In this document: piece after piece, positions 10,367 to 19,938 of the stretch
Layout of the letters: each line of letters opens with the position of its first letter
Numbering within the stretch: the stretch's first letter is position 1
Source of the DNA: Candidatus Altiarchaeota archaeon
GTDB taxonomy: Archaea > Altiarchaeota > Altiarchaeia > IMC4 > QMZM01
Reading direction: 5' to 3'
DNA length: 64,000 bases
NCBI GenBank assembly: GCA_038891095.1
Contig: JAWAEV010000001.1
Location: forward strand, 1 to 64,000
Position numbers and translations under genes: made by a program
Notes under the pieces: generated by a model
The model's input: the letters and a program-made list of their open reading frames with translations, nothing else
Databases searched by the model: none
Told to the model about the DNA's origin: nothing

Positions 10367-11131
10367 ATGAAATATAAGATGCCAACCAACACAAAAAATA
10401 AAAAAAAGGAAATATTTCCTGGAGTTGAAATTCATGGATTAACACTCTACTTAAAAAAAGAAAAAGTTCTTGTAATAGGAGACTTACATCTGGGCTATGA
10501 AGAAGAACTCAATTCTTTAGGTTTCCTTGTACCTAAATTTCAATACAGGGAGATTATCACATATCTAAAAAAAATTTTTTCTAAAATTCCTTCTCTTGAG
10601 AAAATTGTTATTAATGGTGATTTAAAGCACGAATTTGGTAGGATTTCCAAACAAGAATGGAACGAAGTCCTTTCTTTTTTAGATTTTTTGAAAAGTAATG
10701 TTAACGAAATTTTTTTGATAAAGGGAAATCACGACACAATTCTCGGACCTTTAGCTGAAAGAAAAGAATTAAAAGTTTTGGAATATTTCTATATTGCTAA
10801 TGAGAAAATTTATATTTGCCATGGACATAAAATCCCTGATGATGAAAATTTTGAAAGATCTAAGGTTGTTATTATTGCGCATGATCATCCTGCTCTTGGT
10901 TTGAGGGAAGGCCTCAGAGTTGAGAAAGTTAAATGCTTTCTGAAAGGAATGTGGAACGAAAAAATTCTAATTCAAATTCCTTCTTTAAATTTTGTTGTTG
11001 AAGGTTCAGATATCTCTCAAGAAAAAATGCTCTCACCATTTATGAATGAGATAGAAAATTTTGACATATATTGTATAGAAAGAGAGAATTTATTCTACTT
11101 TGGTAAAGTAAAACATATCTATAAACATTAA
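10367..11131 (+). CDS. Metallophosphoesterase, COG1407 (SbcD/Mre11-related, often Lhr-associated)
   Basis: DLHLG, GDLKHEFG, KGNHD, HGH, AHDHP motifs. Confidence 0.85.
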   Translation: MKYKMPTNTKNKKKEIFPGVEIHGLTLYLKKEKVLVIGDLHLGYEEELNSLGFLVPKFQYREIITYLKKIFSKIPSLEKIVINGDLKHEFGRISKQEWNEVLSFLDFLKSNVNEIFLIKGNHDTILGPLAERKELKVLEYFYIANEKIYICHGHKIPDDENFERSKVVIIAHDHPALGLREGLRVEKVKCFLKGMWNEKILIQIPSLNFVVEGSDISQEKMLSPFMNEIENFDIYCIERENLFYFGKVKHIYKH

Positions 11132-11176
11132 AGCCCAATTATACTTTCCAACGGAAGCACAACAAAAAGAATTAGA

Positions 11177-11266
11177 TTATTTCTTTTTGTGTCTCATCTT
11201 TTTTCTTCTTTTCTTAAGTTTATGCTTCCGCATCTTTTGTATTTTTCTTTTTCTACCGCATGGCAT
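11177..11266 (-). CDS. 29-aa basic protein of the AURKAIP1/COX24 (bS22/mS38 ribosomal protein)-like family
   Basis: Manual translation MPCGRKRKIQKMRKHKLKKRRKKMRHKKK*. It fits the MPxGxKRKxxKMxxHKxKKRRxxxRHKKK pattern of Bacteroidota-type bS22. It lies wholly in an intergenic gap and is below the ORF-track length cutoff. Confidence 0.82.
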   Translation of the reverse strand: MPCGRKRKIQKMRKHKLKKRRKKMRHKKK

Positions 11267-11335
11267 AATTTATTTTAGGAAATTTATAAATAAAAATATA
11301 TTGTTTTTTTAGATGAAATTACAATTAGTTTACAT

Positions 11336-13513
11336 ATGAAAAAAAATTTGCTCGCGCTTGGAATTTTTTACTTTGCATTCCTTCTAATTTTTTCAATTTT
11401 TGTTTTTGGAATAGAAGAAGAGCAGTTCAATGAGAAATGGAATTACACCACTGGTGGTATGATAACAGATCTATGCATTGGTGATTTTGATAACGATGGT
11501 AAAAAAGAAATTGCTACAGTAAAATCAATTGAGACATTAGTTGGCTCCGGTGGAGATTTTAGAATAGTGAACTCAACTGGGAATTTAATTTGGAAAAAAG
11601 ATATTGGATGTAAAATTTATTCAATCTTTTGTGAAGATATAGATAACGATGGCTATGATGAAATTCTTGTTGGCTCATGCACTCATTTGCATGTTTTCAA
11701 TTATACTCAAGAAAAAGAATGGCAATTTTTCACTGATCATGGTGCTGTGAAGATAATTTTTCCTTTTGATTTTGATAATGATGGAAAAAAGGAGTTATTG
11801 ATTGCTACTACTGACCCAATGTCGAAAAGAAATAACAACATTTACCTCGTAGATAACAGAGGACAGTTAATATGGAAAAAAAATTTACCTTCTTCTCCAA
11901 ATTCAATAGATGTCAAGGATATAAATTCTGATGGTTTAAAGGATATCATTGTAGCTTCTGGCATTTCATCTATTGGAATTTCTGCATACAAAGGTTGGAT
12001 TACGGTTTATAATGAAAACGGCACTTTACAATGGGAAGTGAGAATTAAAAATGGTGCAGAAAGTGTAAAAATTACCGAAATAAATAGGGATAAAAAACCT
12101 GAGATAATTGTTGGGTCACTTTATACAATTTACTTGTTTGATAGTAATGGAAATGAAAAAAAGCAGTATAATATAAGTGGTCATGCATATGCCTTAGAAG
12201 TAATTAATGCCAAAGATGAAATTCTCTTGATCGTAGGAACAAATGATCTAATTGCATTAGATTCGAATTTCAAATTTAAGTGGAGTTATAATACTGCTGA
12301 TGAGGTATATGACATAAAAATTTTTGATATAGACAATGATGGAAATGAAGAAATTTTTGCCGTTTCTGATAGAGTTTACTTGCTAAGCAATGGAGGTAAA
12401 TTACTCTGGCAATCTCCAAAAGCAGCGGGGGTGAAAAAAATTGTAATTGATGATTTAGAAAATGATAAGTACAATGAGATAATTTTTGGCACTCTTGACG
12501 GGAAGATTTATGTATATGAAACAAAAGGGAATGTAAAGGGGAAACTTGCTGAAGAGAATTTCTTAAAGGCAGAAAAGGCATTTAACGCTGGTAATTATGA
12601 TAACTCAACCAACTATGCAAAAATTGCTAAGAAACTATATGAAGAGTTGAATATGAATTCTAAAGCAAAAGAGTGTGATGAGCTGATTAAAAAAATAAAT
12701 GCAATTATCTCAGAAGATTTAAGAAATAAAAAAGAGGCAGATGAAAATTACAACAAATCAATGAATTTTTTTATGAATGAAAATTTCAGTTCTGCATTAA
12801 CTTTCGCCAGAAAGGCAAAATTGTTGTATTCTGGAATAAAAAAGAAAACTCCAGAAATTGAGAAAAACATTGAAAATTGTGATATCATTGTTAAGAATTC
12901 TATCGATGGTTTAAAGTTAAGGGCTGCTTTATTATATGAAAATGCTACATATTTATACGGAACTAAAAATTATGGACTTTCTTTGAATTTATCAAGAGAG
13001 ATTTTAGATATTGGAATACTACTCAAAGACAAGAATATTAGCTTAAAAGCAAATTTAATGATCGCAAATTCTCTGTGCAAAATTTCTGAAATAGAATATA
13101 GAGAGAGTAGAATAGAGAGTGCAGTGTTAAATGCAAAAGAGGCGATTGAAATTTACAATGAGTTAGGGAATGAAACAGCAGGTAATGAAATTTTAGAATG
13201 CTCCAAAATTCTTGAGAAAATTGAAAAAAAACAAAGCTATGCAGAAAAACCAAAGGAAGTTAACATGAGTAATATTACAATAATTCTCATTGTTTTAATT
13301 TTAGCAATATTTTTAGCTGTGTTTTTCATTAGAAAAAAACATTATATAGTTAGTAAAGATACTACTAAAACTGAAGTCGAAAATAAAGTTGAAGCCGTGG
13401 AAATAAAAACAATAGATGAACTAAAAGAAAAATCCGAAAAGAAGGAACTTGAACCAATAAAAAAAGATAAGTTTAAAGGTATTGGAAGATCTCTAAAGCC
13501 TTTAAAGTTATAA
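11336..13513 (+). CDS. Membrane-anchored FG-GAP/VCBS beta-propeller plus TPR-like helical protein
   Basis: Signal peptide, about 7 DxDxDGxxE(I/L) repeats (GDFDNDGKKEI, EDIDNDGYDEI, FDFDNDGKKEL, FDIDNDGNEEI), helical A/K/E-rich repeats, C-terminal TM and charged tail. Confidence 0.8.
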   Translation: MKKNLLALGIFYFAFLLIFSIFVFGIEEEQFNEKWNYTTGGMITDLCIGDFDNDGKKEIATVKSIETLVGSGGDFRIVNSTGNLIWKKDIGCKIYSIFCEDIDNDGYDEILVGSCTHLHVFNYTQEKEWQFFTDHGAVKIIFPFDFDNDGKKELLIATTDPMSKRNNNIYLVDNRGQLIWKKNLPSSPNSIDVKDINSDGLKDIIVASGISSIGISAYKGWITVYNENGTLQWEVRIKNGAESVKITEINRDKKPEIIVGSLYTIYLFDSNGNEKKQYNISGHAYALEVINAKDEILLIVGTNDLIALDSNFKFKWSYNTADEVYDIKIFDIDNDGNEEIFAVSDRVYLLSNGGKLLWQSPKAAGVKKIVIDDLENDKYNEIIFGTLDGKIYVYETKGNVKGKLAEENFLKAEKAFNAGNYDNSTNYAKIAKKLYEELNMNSKAKECDELIKKINAIISEDLRNKKEADENYNKSMNFFMNENFSSALTFARKAKLLYSGIKKKTPEIEKNIENCDIIVKNSIDGLKLRAALLYENATYLYGTKNYGLSLNLSREILDIGILLKDKNISLKANLMIANSLCKISEIEYRESRIESAVLNAKEAIEIYNELGNETAGNEILECSKILEKIEKKQSYAEKPKEVNMSNITIILIVLILAIFLAVFFIRKKHYIVSKDTTKTEVENKVEAVEIKTIDELKEKSEKKELEPIKKDKFKGIGRSLKPLKL

Positions 13514-15271
13514 TAAAAATTTTCTTTTCTGATGTTTTAGCAATGATGGCTCATATTTCAAAAGCAATTCTTCTTCTTTTATTTTTTCAAGTTTTCTTAT
13601 TTCTTTTTGTTTTATCTCTGAGAAAAGATATTTATTTCTCTCATAAATTTCCAAAAGTTCTGATGTTCTCTCACCACTTTGCATCTCTGGAAATATAACA
13701 AAATCTGCTCCTTTCTCATAAAGCTCAAGAGCATTATCAATTGACTCTGCTCTCACAACAAAAAATGCACCTGAATTTAGCTCTCTAACTTTTTTCAATA
13801 GCATTAAGTTATCATCATGTGTAGGAATTGTTGATATCACTAACTCAGCGCCCTTTAGATTTACCCTTTCTAAAATTTCTAAGTCTTCGATGTCACCGTA
13901 AATACAATTTATCCCTTGGGTTAGCAATTTCTTTATTATGTCAGGATTATAATCAACTACTAAAAATTTCTTTTTTAGTCTCATTAAAGTTTTCACAATC
14001 ATATAACCAGTACGATGACACCCAAAAACAATAGTATGATTTTTTAGAGATTCTGAGATTGATTCAAAATCTTTTTTCTTTGGAATTTTGTTAGAGAAAC
14101 CAAGAAAAGGAACAAAAATGCGATATAATTTTGATGAATGTATTATCATATATGAACTTATCGTCAATGTAATCAATGTCACCCAAGCTATCGAAGAGAG
14201 AATATCTTTTTGAATATGCCCAAGTGAAAGTCCTTCTGAAACTAATACCAATGAAAATTCAGATACTTGAGCAACAGAAATTGCAGTTAGAAAAGATGTT
14301 CTCTTGCTATATCCTAAAAGAGAGGCAATTAAGAACATTATGATTACATTTCCGATTAAAACAAAAAGTGAAAATATAATTACTTCTTCTATAACTAAAG
14401 GTTTTATCGAATCATGAATTGTTGCTGAAACTTGCATACCTAAAGAGGCAAAAAAAATTGTTGCAAAGAAATCTCTCATTGATCTGACTCTACTAACAAT
14501 TTCTAAATTATATGGAAATGATGCCAATGATAAACCAGCAAGAAATGCTCCTATGCTGATAGAAAAGCCAAGAAGATATGAGATAAAAGAGAAGACAAAA
14601 CAAACTGACAAAGCAAATAAAAATAAAAGCTCTAACGACCTTGAGCTGAATCCTATCAATGGTGGTAAAATAAATCTGCCTATAACTACTGAAATTGAAA
14701 AAAATCCAAATCCTTTTACTACAGAGAGTAGCAATGGCACTATAGAAAAATTTCCTAAATTTGGCAATGCTGCCAATACAACTATTGTTATAACATCCTG
14801 AACTAAAAGAATCCCTAAGACAATTTTTCCATGCAAAGTTTGTAACTCATTTATATCAGAAAGTAATTTCACTACAACAGTTGTCGAACTTATTGTTAAT
14901 GCAAAGCTAACATAAAATGCTTCTATTTGAGATAAACCAAAAAGAGAGGATAATAAAAAACCGAAAATAAAGGTAAATAAAATTTGTCCTATTCCACAGG
15001 ATATTGAAACCCTTCCAACATTCTTTAGCTTTTTAATATCTAACTCCAAACCAACAAAAAATAGAAGAAATGCTATGCCAAGTTCAGCAAAAATTTTTAT
15101 AATTTCTTCATTTGTAACTAATCTCAATCCAAAAGGACCAACAACTATGCCTGCAATGACATATGCAACTACTAAAGGCTGCTTGAGTATCTTAGCAAAA
15201 AAAGCAAATAATGTTGATGAAAATATTATTATGCCTAAATCAAATAACAAAAGCATCCCTTGAGCTTCCAT
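13508..15271 (-). CDS. CPA2 cation:proton antiporter (Kef type) with C-terminal TrkA-N/RCK domain
   Basis: Many TM helices, LTISSTTVVVKLL, GILLVQD, SEFSLVL, cytoplasmic GCHRTG...YGDIED...GADFVIFP. Confidence 0.92.
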   Translation of the reverse strand: MEAQGMLLLFDLGIIIFSSTLFAFFAKILKQPLVVAYVIAGIVVGPFGLRLVTNEEIIKIFAELGIAFLLFFVGLELDIKKLKNVGRVSISCGIGQILFTFIFGFLLSSLFGLSQIEAFYVSFALTISSTTVVVKLLSDINELQTLHGKIVLGILLVQDVITIVVLAALPNLGNFSIVPLLLSVVKGFGFFSISVVIGRFILPPLIGFSSRSLELLFLFALSVCFVFSFISYLLGFSISIGAFLAGLSLASFPYNLEIVSRVRSMRDFFATIFFASLGMQVSATIHDSIKPLVIEEVIIFSLFVLIGNVIIMFLIASLLGYSKRTSFLTAISVAQVSEFSLVLVSEGLSLGHIQKDILSSIAWVTLITLTISSYMIIHSSKLYRIFVPFLGFSNKIPKKKDFESISESLKNHTIVFGCHRTGYMIVKTLMRLKKKFLVVDYNPDIIKKLLTQGINCIYGDIEDLEILERVNLKGAELVISTIPTHDDNLMLLKKVRELNSGAFFVVRAESIDNALELYEKGADFVIFPEMQSGERTSELLEIYERNKYLFSEIKQKEIRKLEKIKEEELLLKYEPSLLKHQKRKFLL

Positions 15272-15286
15272 TCTTTTTATTGGGCT

Positions 15287-15775
15287 TTACAAATGAAAAA
15301 TTTTTGCTTTTAAATTTTTTGTGTCAAGTAATGCTACTGTTTTATTTCCTGTTAAATATCCGCATGTTTCACCGGGATTTATTATAAGTTTTTTCTTCTC
15401 TGCTTTAATTTCTGCCTTATGAGAATGTCCAAGAATTATTATGTCATATTTATTATACTTTATCAACGCTTTTGAGATTTCATCATCAGTACCATGATAC
15501 AAAGCAATAAATTTTCCATTTTGCTCCAATTCATGAAAATCCTTTAGCTCACATCCAATTTTTTTATAAACTTCAGCTAAGTGAACTCTATCACCATCAT
15601 TATTGCCAAAAACTCCTATAAGCTTTGAATTCAAATTTTTAAATTCTTTTGCTGTAAATGGTGCTACATAGTCTCCAGCATGTAAAACAACTGAAACATT
15701 CTGTCTATTAAAAAAATTTACTGCCTTTTTTATTGCATCTAAATTGTCGTGAGTGTCAGATAATATGCCGATCAT
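15287..15775 (-). CDS. Metallophosphoesterase, MJ0936/YfcE family
   Basis: SDTHDN, HAGD, GNNDGD, YHG, GHSH, INPGETCG. Confidence 0.92.
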   Translation of the reverse strand: MIGILSDTHDNLDAIKKAVNFFNRQNVSVVLHAGDYVAPFTAKEFKNLNSKLIGVFGNNDGDRVHLAEVYKKIGCELKDFHELEQNGKFIALYHGTDDEISKALIKYNKYDIIILGHSHKAEIKAEKKKLIINPGETCGYLTGNKTVALLDTKNLKAKIFHL

Positions 15776-15884
15776 TCTTCTTAGATAATTCTCAGATAAT
15801 TATCTTCTTTACTACTTTAAATACTTTAGAAGAAAGGAAAATTGAAACAGCAAAACAAAAAGCAAAATAAGAAAAAATTAAAAG

Positions 15885-15913
15885 AAAAACCGTTAGCTAA
15901 ACTAACGGTTTTT
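15885..15913 (-). terminator. Perfect 12-bp hairpin downstream of the MC1 gene, followed by T-rich tracts on the minus strand
   Basis: AAAAACCGTTAG-CTAAA-CTAACGGTTTTT, 18 bp past the MC1 stop. Confidence 0.6.
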
Positions 15914-15930
15914 AGACTAAAAAGAAATAT

Positions 15931-16221
15931 TTATTTCTTAACTTTTTCAACCTTCACTTTCTTAACATTTGCTTCCCAGATTTCATCTGGCATCCAAGAT
16001 GGAGCGTTTTCTGGCTTTTTAACCTTCTTTCGAGAGCCCTTAAACACATGAATTCTCCACATTCCGTCTTTTTTTCTACCATGCTCCCTTAACCTAATGT
16101 CTGTATATCCTCTTCTAGCTGCTTTTAAAGCTGCATTTCTTGGTGCTGTCCCTGTAAAAACAGCCACCTCCTTATTCCCCTCCAAAAGGGAATAATATTT
16201 TTTCTTTCCTTTCTTTGCCAT
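15931..16221 (-). CDS. Non-histone chromosomal protein MC1
   Basis: VFTGTAPRNAALKAARRG, IRLREHG, IHVFKG, APSWMPDEIWEANVKK. GGTGA Shine-Dalgarno upstream. Confidence 0.93.
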   Translation of the reverse strand: MAKKGKKKYYSLLEGNKEVAVFTGTAPRNAALKAARRGYTDIRLREHGRKKDGMWRIHVFKGSRKKVKKPENAPSWMPDEIWEANVKKVKVEKVKK

Positions 16222-16440
16222 TTTTCACCACTCTTTTCTTTTATTTATTTTTATTTTTTATCATACATATATAAGAAAAAGGAGTATAAAAATAGGCCAA
16301 CTGTAGGAACACATAAATGTAAGTTTAAATTTTTGTCATGTTATATTGATAAAGTTCACAAAAATAAAATTTAAATAGAAATGTGAAATTAACATAAAAG
16401 TATAGAAACACTGTGGTTTTAACTTATTTTATAAAATTTT

Positions 16441-17178
16441 ATGGATATAGAAAAAATAGTTAATTGGATAAGGGAACAAGTTAAAAATGCAAACTCAAAA
16501 GGTGTTGTATTAGGCTTATCTGGCGGCATAGATTCTTCAGTCACTGCTGTTCTCTGCAAAAAGGCCTTTCCTAAAAATACTTTGGCTTTGATAATGCCAT
16601 GTTTCAGTAACAAAAAAGATATTGAAGATGCAAAATTGATTGCAAAGAAATTTAAAATTAAATATAAAAAAATTGATTTGGGTTCCACTCTTGAAAAGTT
16701 GCTTTATGATATTGATAAAAAGAGATATAACGAAAAATGTGAGAAAAATTTAGAAATTGCAAATATGAAAGCAAGATTAAGAATGCTAACTCTTTACTAT
16801 TTTGCAAATAAGCTGAACTATTTAGTTGTGGGATGTGGAAATAAATCTGAAATCAAAATTGGTTATTTTACAAAATATGGTGATAGTGCTTGTGATATCA
16901 TGCCAATAGGAAATTTTCTTAAGAGAGATGTAAAAAAAATTGCAAAAGAAATTGGAATTCCAAAAGAAATAATTGAAAAACCGCCAAGTGCGGGCTTATG
17001 GAAAGAACAGACTGATGAAAAAGAACTTGGGATTTCTTATGATGAGTTAGACACTGTAATAGAAAAAATTGAAAAAAATGATCTTGAGTGTGTGAATAAA
17101 AAAATTCTTAAAAAAGTTCAAGACATGATAAAAAAATCTGAACATAAAAGGAGGATGCCAAAAATTTTTCTAAGATGA
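16441..17178 (+). CDS. nadE: NH3-dependent NAD+ synthetase
   Basis: GLSGGIDSS, NMKARLRM, GYFTKYGD, KPPSAGLW, DEKELG, SEHKR. Confidence 0.95.
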   Translation: MDIEKIVNWIREQVKNANSKGVVLGLSGGIDSSVTAVLCKKAFPKNTLALIMPCFSNKKDIEDAKLIAKKFKIKYKKIDLGSTLEKLLYDIDKKRYNEKCEKNLEIANMKARLRMLTLYYFANKLNYLVVGCGNKSEIKIGYFTKYGDSACDIMPIGNFLKRDVKKIAKEIGIPKEIIEKPPSAGLWKEQTDEKELGISYDELDTVIEKIEKNDLECVNKKILKKVQDMIKKSEHKRRMPKIFLR

Positions 17179-18089
17179 AAATTCTCGTGACTGGTGGCGC
17201 TGGATTTATTGGCTCGCAAATTGTTGATAAATTAGTTGAATTAGGAAACTATGTTGTGATTATCGACAATCTCTCAACAGGAAAAAAAGAAAATTTAAAC
17301 AAGAAGGCAAAATTCTATAAAGCTGATATTTGCTCAGAAAAAATTTTCGAGATATTTAAAAAGGAAAATTTTGATGTTGTAATTCATCAGGCTGCTCAAA
17401 CAAGTGTTATTTGCTCAGAAAAGAATCCAGAATTTGATGCAAAAGTTAATGTTCTTGGCACAATAAATCTTCTTGAATGCTGCAGAAAATTCTCTGTTGA
17501 AAAATTTTTATATGCCTCATCAGCTGCGATTTATGGAAACCCAAAATATTTTCCAATTGATGAAGCACACCCAAAAGAACCAATTTCAGTTTATGGTATG
17601 AACAAATATGTTGCGGAACTTTACTTAAAATTTTATAATTCAATTTATGGGATTAGATATATTTCCTTGAGATATTCAAATGTATATGGTCCAAGACAAA
17701 ACTATGAGAACGAAAGCGGTGTTGTTACAATTTTTTTGAATAAACTTATTAATGGAGAAAAACCAACTATTTATGGCAATGGTTCTCAAACGAGAGATTT
17801 CATCTATATTGATGATGTTGTAAATGCAAATATTTTGGCTATTGGAAAAAAAATTTCTGGAGAGTTTAACATTTCCACAAATAAGGAAACAAGTATTATA
17901 GCTCTATACAAAAAAATACAAAAAATTTTAGGGATAGATATCTCTCCAAAATATGCAAAAGGAAGAAATGTGGAAATTTTCAGAAGCGTTCTTGATAATA
18001 GAAAAGCGATTAAGGAACTTGGATGGAAACCAAAAATTTCAATTGAGGAAGGGTTAAGAAGAACAATAGGTTATATGAAAAAATGCTAA
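17175..18089 (+). CDS. NAD-dependent epimerase/dehydratase (UDP-glucose 4-epimerase-like)
   Basis: TGGAGFIGS, ASSAAIYG, YGMNK, LRYSNVYGPRQ, TRDFIYIDD. Confidence 0.92.
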   Translation: MKILVTGGAGFIGSQIVDKLVELGNYVVIIDNLSTGKKENLNKKAKFYKADICSEKIFEIFKKENFDVVIHQAAQTSVICSEKNPEFDAKVNVLGTINLLECCRKFSVEKFLYASSAAIYGNPKYFPIDEAHPKEPISVYGMNKYVAELYLKFYNSIYGIRYISLRYSNVYGPRQNYENESGVVTIFLNKLINGEKPTIYGNGSQTRDFIYIDDVVNANILAIGKKISGEFNISTNKETSIIALYKKIQKILGIDISPKYAKGRNVEIFRSVLDNRKAIKELGWKPKISIEEGLRRTIGYMKKC

Positions 18090-18162
18090 GACTATTTATT
18101 TTGTTGTAATAAAAAACTTATGAAAAATCTCAATTTTAAATTTCAAAATCAAATTTCTTACT

Positions 18163-19209
18163 ATGAAAATTCTCGTGACTGGTGGCGCTGGATTTATTGG
18201 CTCGCATGTTTGCGAGTTTTATGCAAATTCTAACAAAGAGAATGAGATCATTTGCTATGACAACCTTTCTAGAGGAACATTACTTAGAAAAAAAATTTCT
18301 CAAAGATATAACTTGAATTTTTTGAAAAATTTTTCTAATGTTAAATTTGTTAGAGGAGATATAAGAAAATTTGAAAATTTAAAGAAAGTTATGAGAGATG
18401 CTGAACTTGTGATTCATGCTGCTGCTCAAACTGCTGTTACATCATCAGTTGAAAATCCAAGGACTGATTTTGAAATAAATGCTTTAGGAACATTTAATGT
18501 CTTAGAAGCTGCGAGGCTCTCAAATAATGATCCGGTTGTGATATATTGTTCAACTAACAAAGTCTATGGTGAAAATGTAAATTCAATCAAAGTGAATGAG
18601 CTGGAAAAAAGGTACGAATTTTCTGATAAAAATTTTTCTGAAGGAATTCCTGAGAACTTTCCGATAGATGCTAAAGGACATTCACCTTATGGTGTTTCGA
18701 AGTTAGCAGGAGACCAATATTGTAGAGACTATTTTGAGGTCTATGGCTTAAAAACTCTTGTATTTAGAATGAGTTGTATTTATGGCACTCGCCAGTTTGG
18801 AGTTGAGGATCAAGGATGGATTGCACATTTTATAATCTCTTCTATTTTTGAGAGACCTTTAACAATTTATGGTAACGGCAAGCAAGTTAGAGATGTTCTG
18901 TATGTCACAGACTTAGTAGAAGCATTCCACTTAGGTTATGAGAATATAAACAAATTTAGTGGAGAAGTTTATAATATTGGCGGAGGTAAAACTAACACGC
19001 TATCGATCTTAGAACTTATCGAAATTTTAAGAGAATATAACCTAAATCCAAATTATAAATTTTCTTCTTGGAGGCCTTCAGACCAGAAAGTTTTCATTTC
19101 AGATATTTCAAAAGCAAAAAAAGAACTTTCATGGAAACCAAAGATTTCAGCCAAGAGAGGGATTAAATTTTTATTTGAATGGGTCAAAGAAAATAAAAAT
19201 GTCTTCTAA
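18163..19209 (+). CDS. NAD-dependent epimerase, CDP-paratose 2-epimerase (RfbE)-like
   Basis: TGGAGFIGS, AAQTAVTSSVENPRTDFEINALGTFN, STNKVYG, SPYGVSK, RMSCIYGTRQFGVEDQGW. Confidence 0.88.
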   Translation: MKILVTGGAGFIGSHVCEFYANSNKENEIICYDNLSRGTLLRKKISQRYNLNFLKNFSNVKFVRGDIRKFENLKKVMRDAELVIHAAAQTAVTSSVENPRTDFEINALGTFNVLEAARLSNNDPVVIYCSTNKVYGENVNSIKVNELEKRYEFSDKNFSEGIPENFPIDAKGHSPYGVSKLAGDQYCRDYFEVYGLKTLVFRMSCIYGTRQFGVEDQGWIAHFIISSIFERPLTIYGNGKQVRDVLYVTDLVEAFHLGYENINKFSGEVYNIGGGKTNTLSILELIEILREYNLNPNYKFSSWRPSDQKVFISDISKAKKELSWKPKISAKRGIKFLFEWVKENKNVF

Positions 19210-19885
19210 AATTTCTGTTATAATTCCTGCATACAATGAAGAGGAGAGTGTTGGAGAAACTATAAAAAGAATCCAAGAAGTGAACTCTGAATATGAGATC
19301 ATCGTTGTGGATGATGGTTCTAGAGATAAAACAATAGAGATAGCAAAAAATTCTGGAGCAAAAGTTTTTAAATTTAAAAAAAATCAAGGAAAAGGTGCAG
19401 CTTTTAGGAAAGGAATTCAAGAATCTTCTGGAGATATTATAGTTCAAATAGATGCTGATTCACAATTTTTGCCAGAGGAGATTCCAAAATTAATTAAACC
19501 TTTGATTGAAGGAGAAGCTGATATAACATTTGGTTCTCGTTTTTTACCAGGTTCAAGTGTTGAAAAAGGCTCCTTAAGCTTTCGAAACAGAATTGCCAAT
19601 ATAGTAGATTCTTTTCTTGCAAGTTTTTTTTCAGGAATAAAAATCACAGATGTTCAAGCAGGATTTAAAGCTTTTACAAGGGATGCTTTAGAAAAGATAA
19701 ATTTTCAAGAAAATTCCTTTGCTTATGAGCCAGAAATTGCAATTTTAGCTGGAAAGAGAAAACTTAGAGTGAAGGAAGTGCCTGTGAGTTATAAAGTTAG
19801 AAAAGGCGGAATGTCAAACATAAAATTCTTAAGAGACATTTACTTGATAATAAAAACTATGATGAAAACATGGTTGTTGAGATGA
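19199..19885 (+). CDS. GT2 glycosyltransferase, dolichol/polyprenol-phosphate hexosyltransferase-like
   Basis: IPAYNEE, VDDGSRD, NQGKGAA, IDADSQ, GSRF, TDVQAGFK. Start moved to the ATG at 19199. Confidence 0.9.
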   Translation: MSSKISVIIPAYNEEESVGETIKRIQEVNSEYEIIVVDDGSRDKTIEIAKNSGAKVFKFKKNQGKGAAFRKGIQESSGDIIVQIDADSQFLPEEIPKLIKPLIEGEADITFGSRFLPGSSVEKGSLSFRNRIANIVDSFLASFFSGIKITDVQAGFKAFTRDALEKINFQENSFAYEPEIAILAGKRKLRVKEVPVSYKVRKGGMSNIKFLRDIYLIIKTMMKTWLLR

Positions 19886-19938
19886 AAATTTTATATTTGC
19901 AAGAGAATGTTCCAAAAAACTTCAAGTTTTATTCATAA
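19882..19938 (+). pseudogene. Possible 18-codon N-terminal stub of a lost glycosyltransferase gene
   Basis: ATGA overlap with the upstream stop; reads MKILYLQENVPKNFKFYS*, like the MKIL.. starts of GT4 genes in this window. Confidence 0.35.

Noticed and set aside
15842-16051. Plus-strand 69-aa ORF and the many other short antisense ORFs nested in long genes
   Set aside because: They overlap well-supported genes on the opposite strand or frame and carry no motifs.
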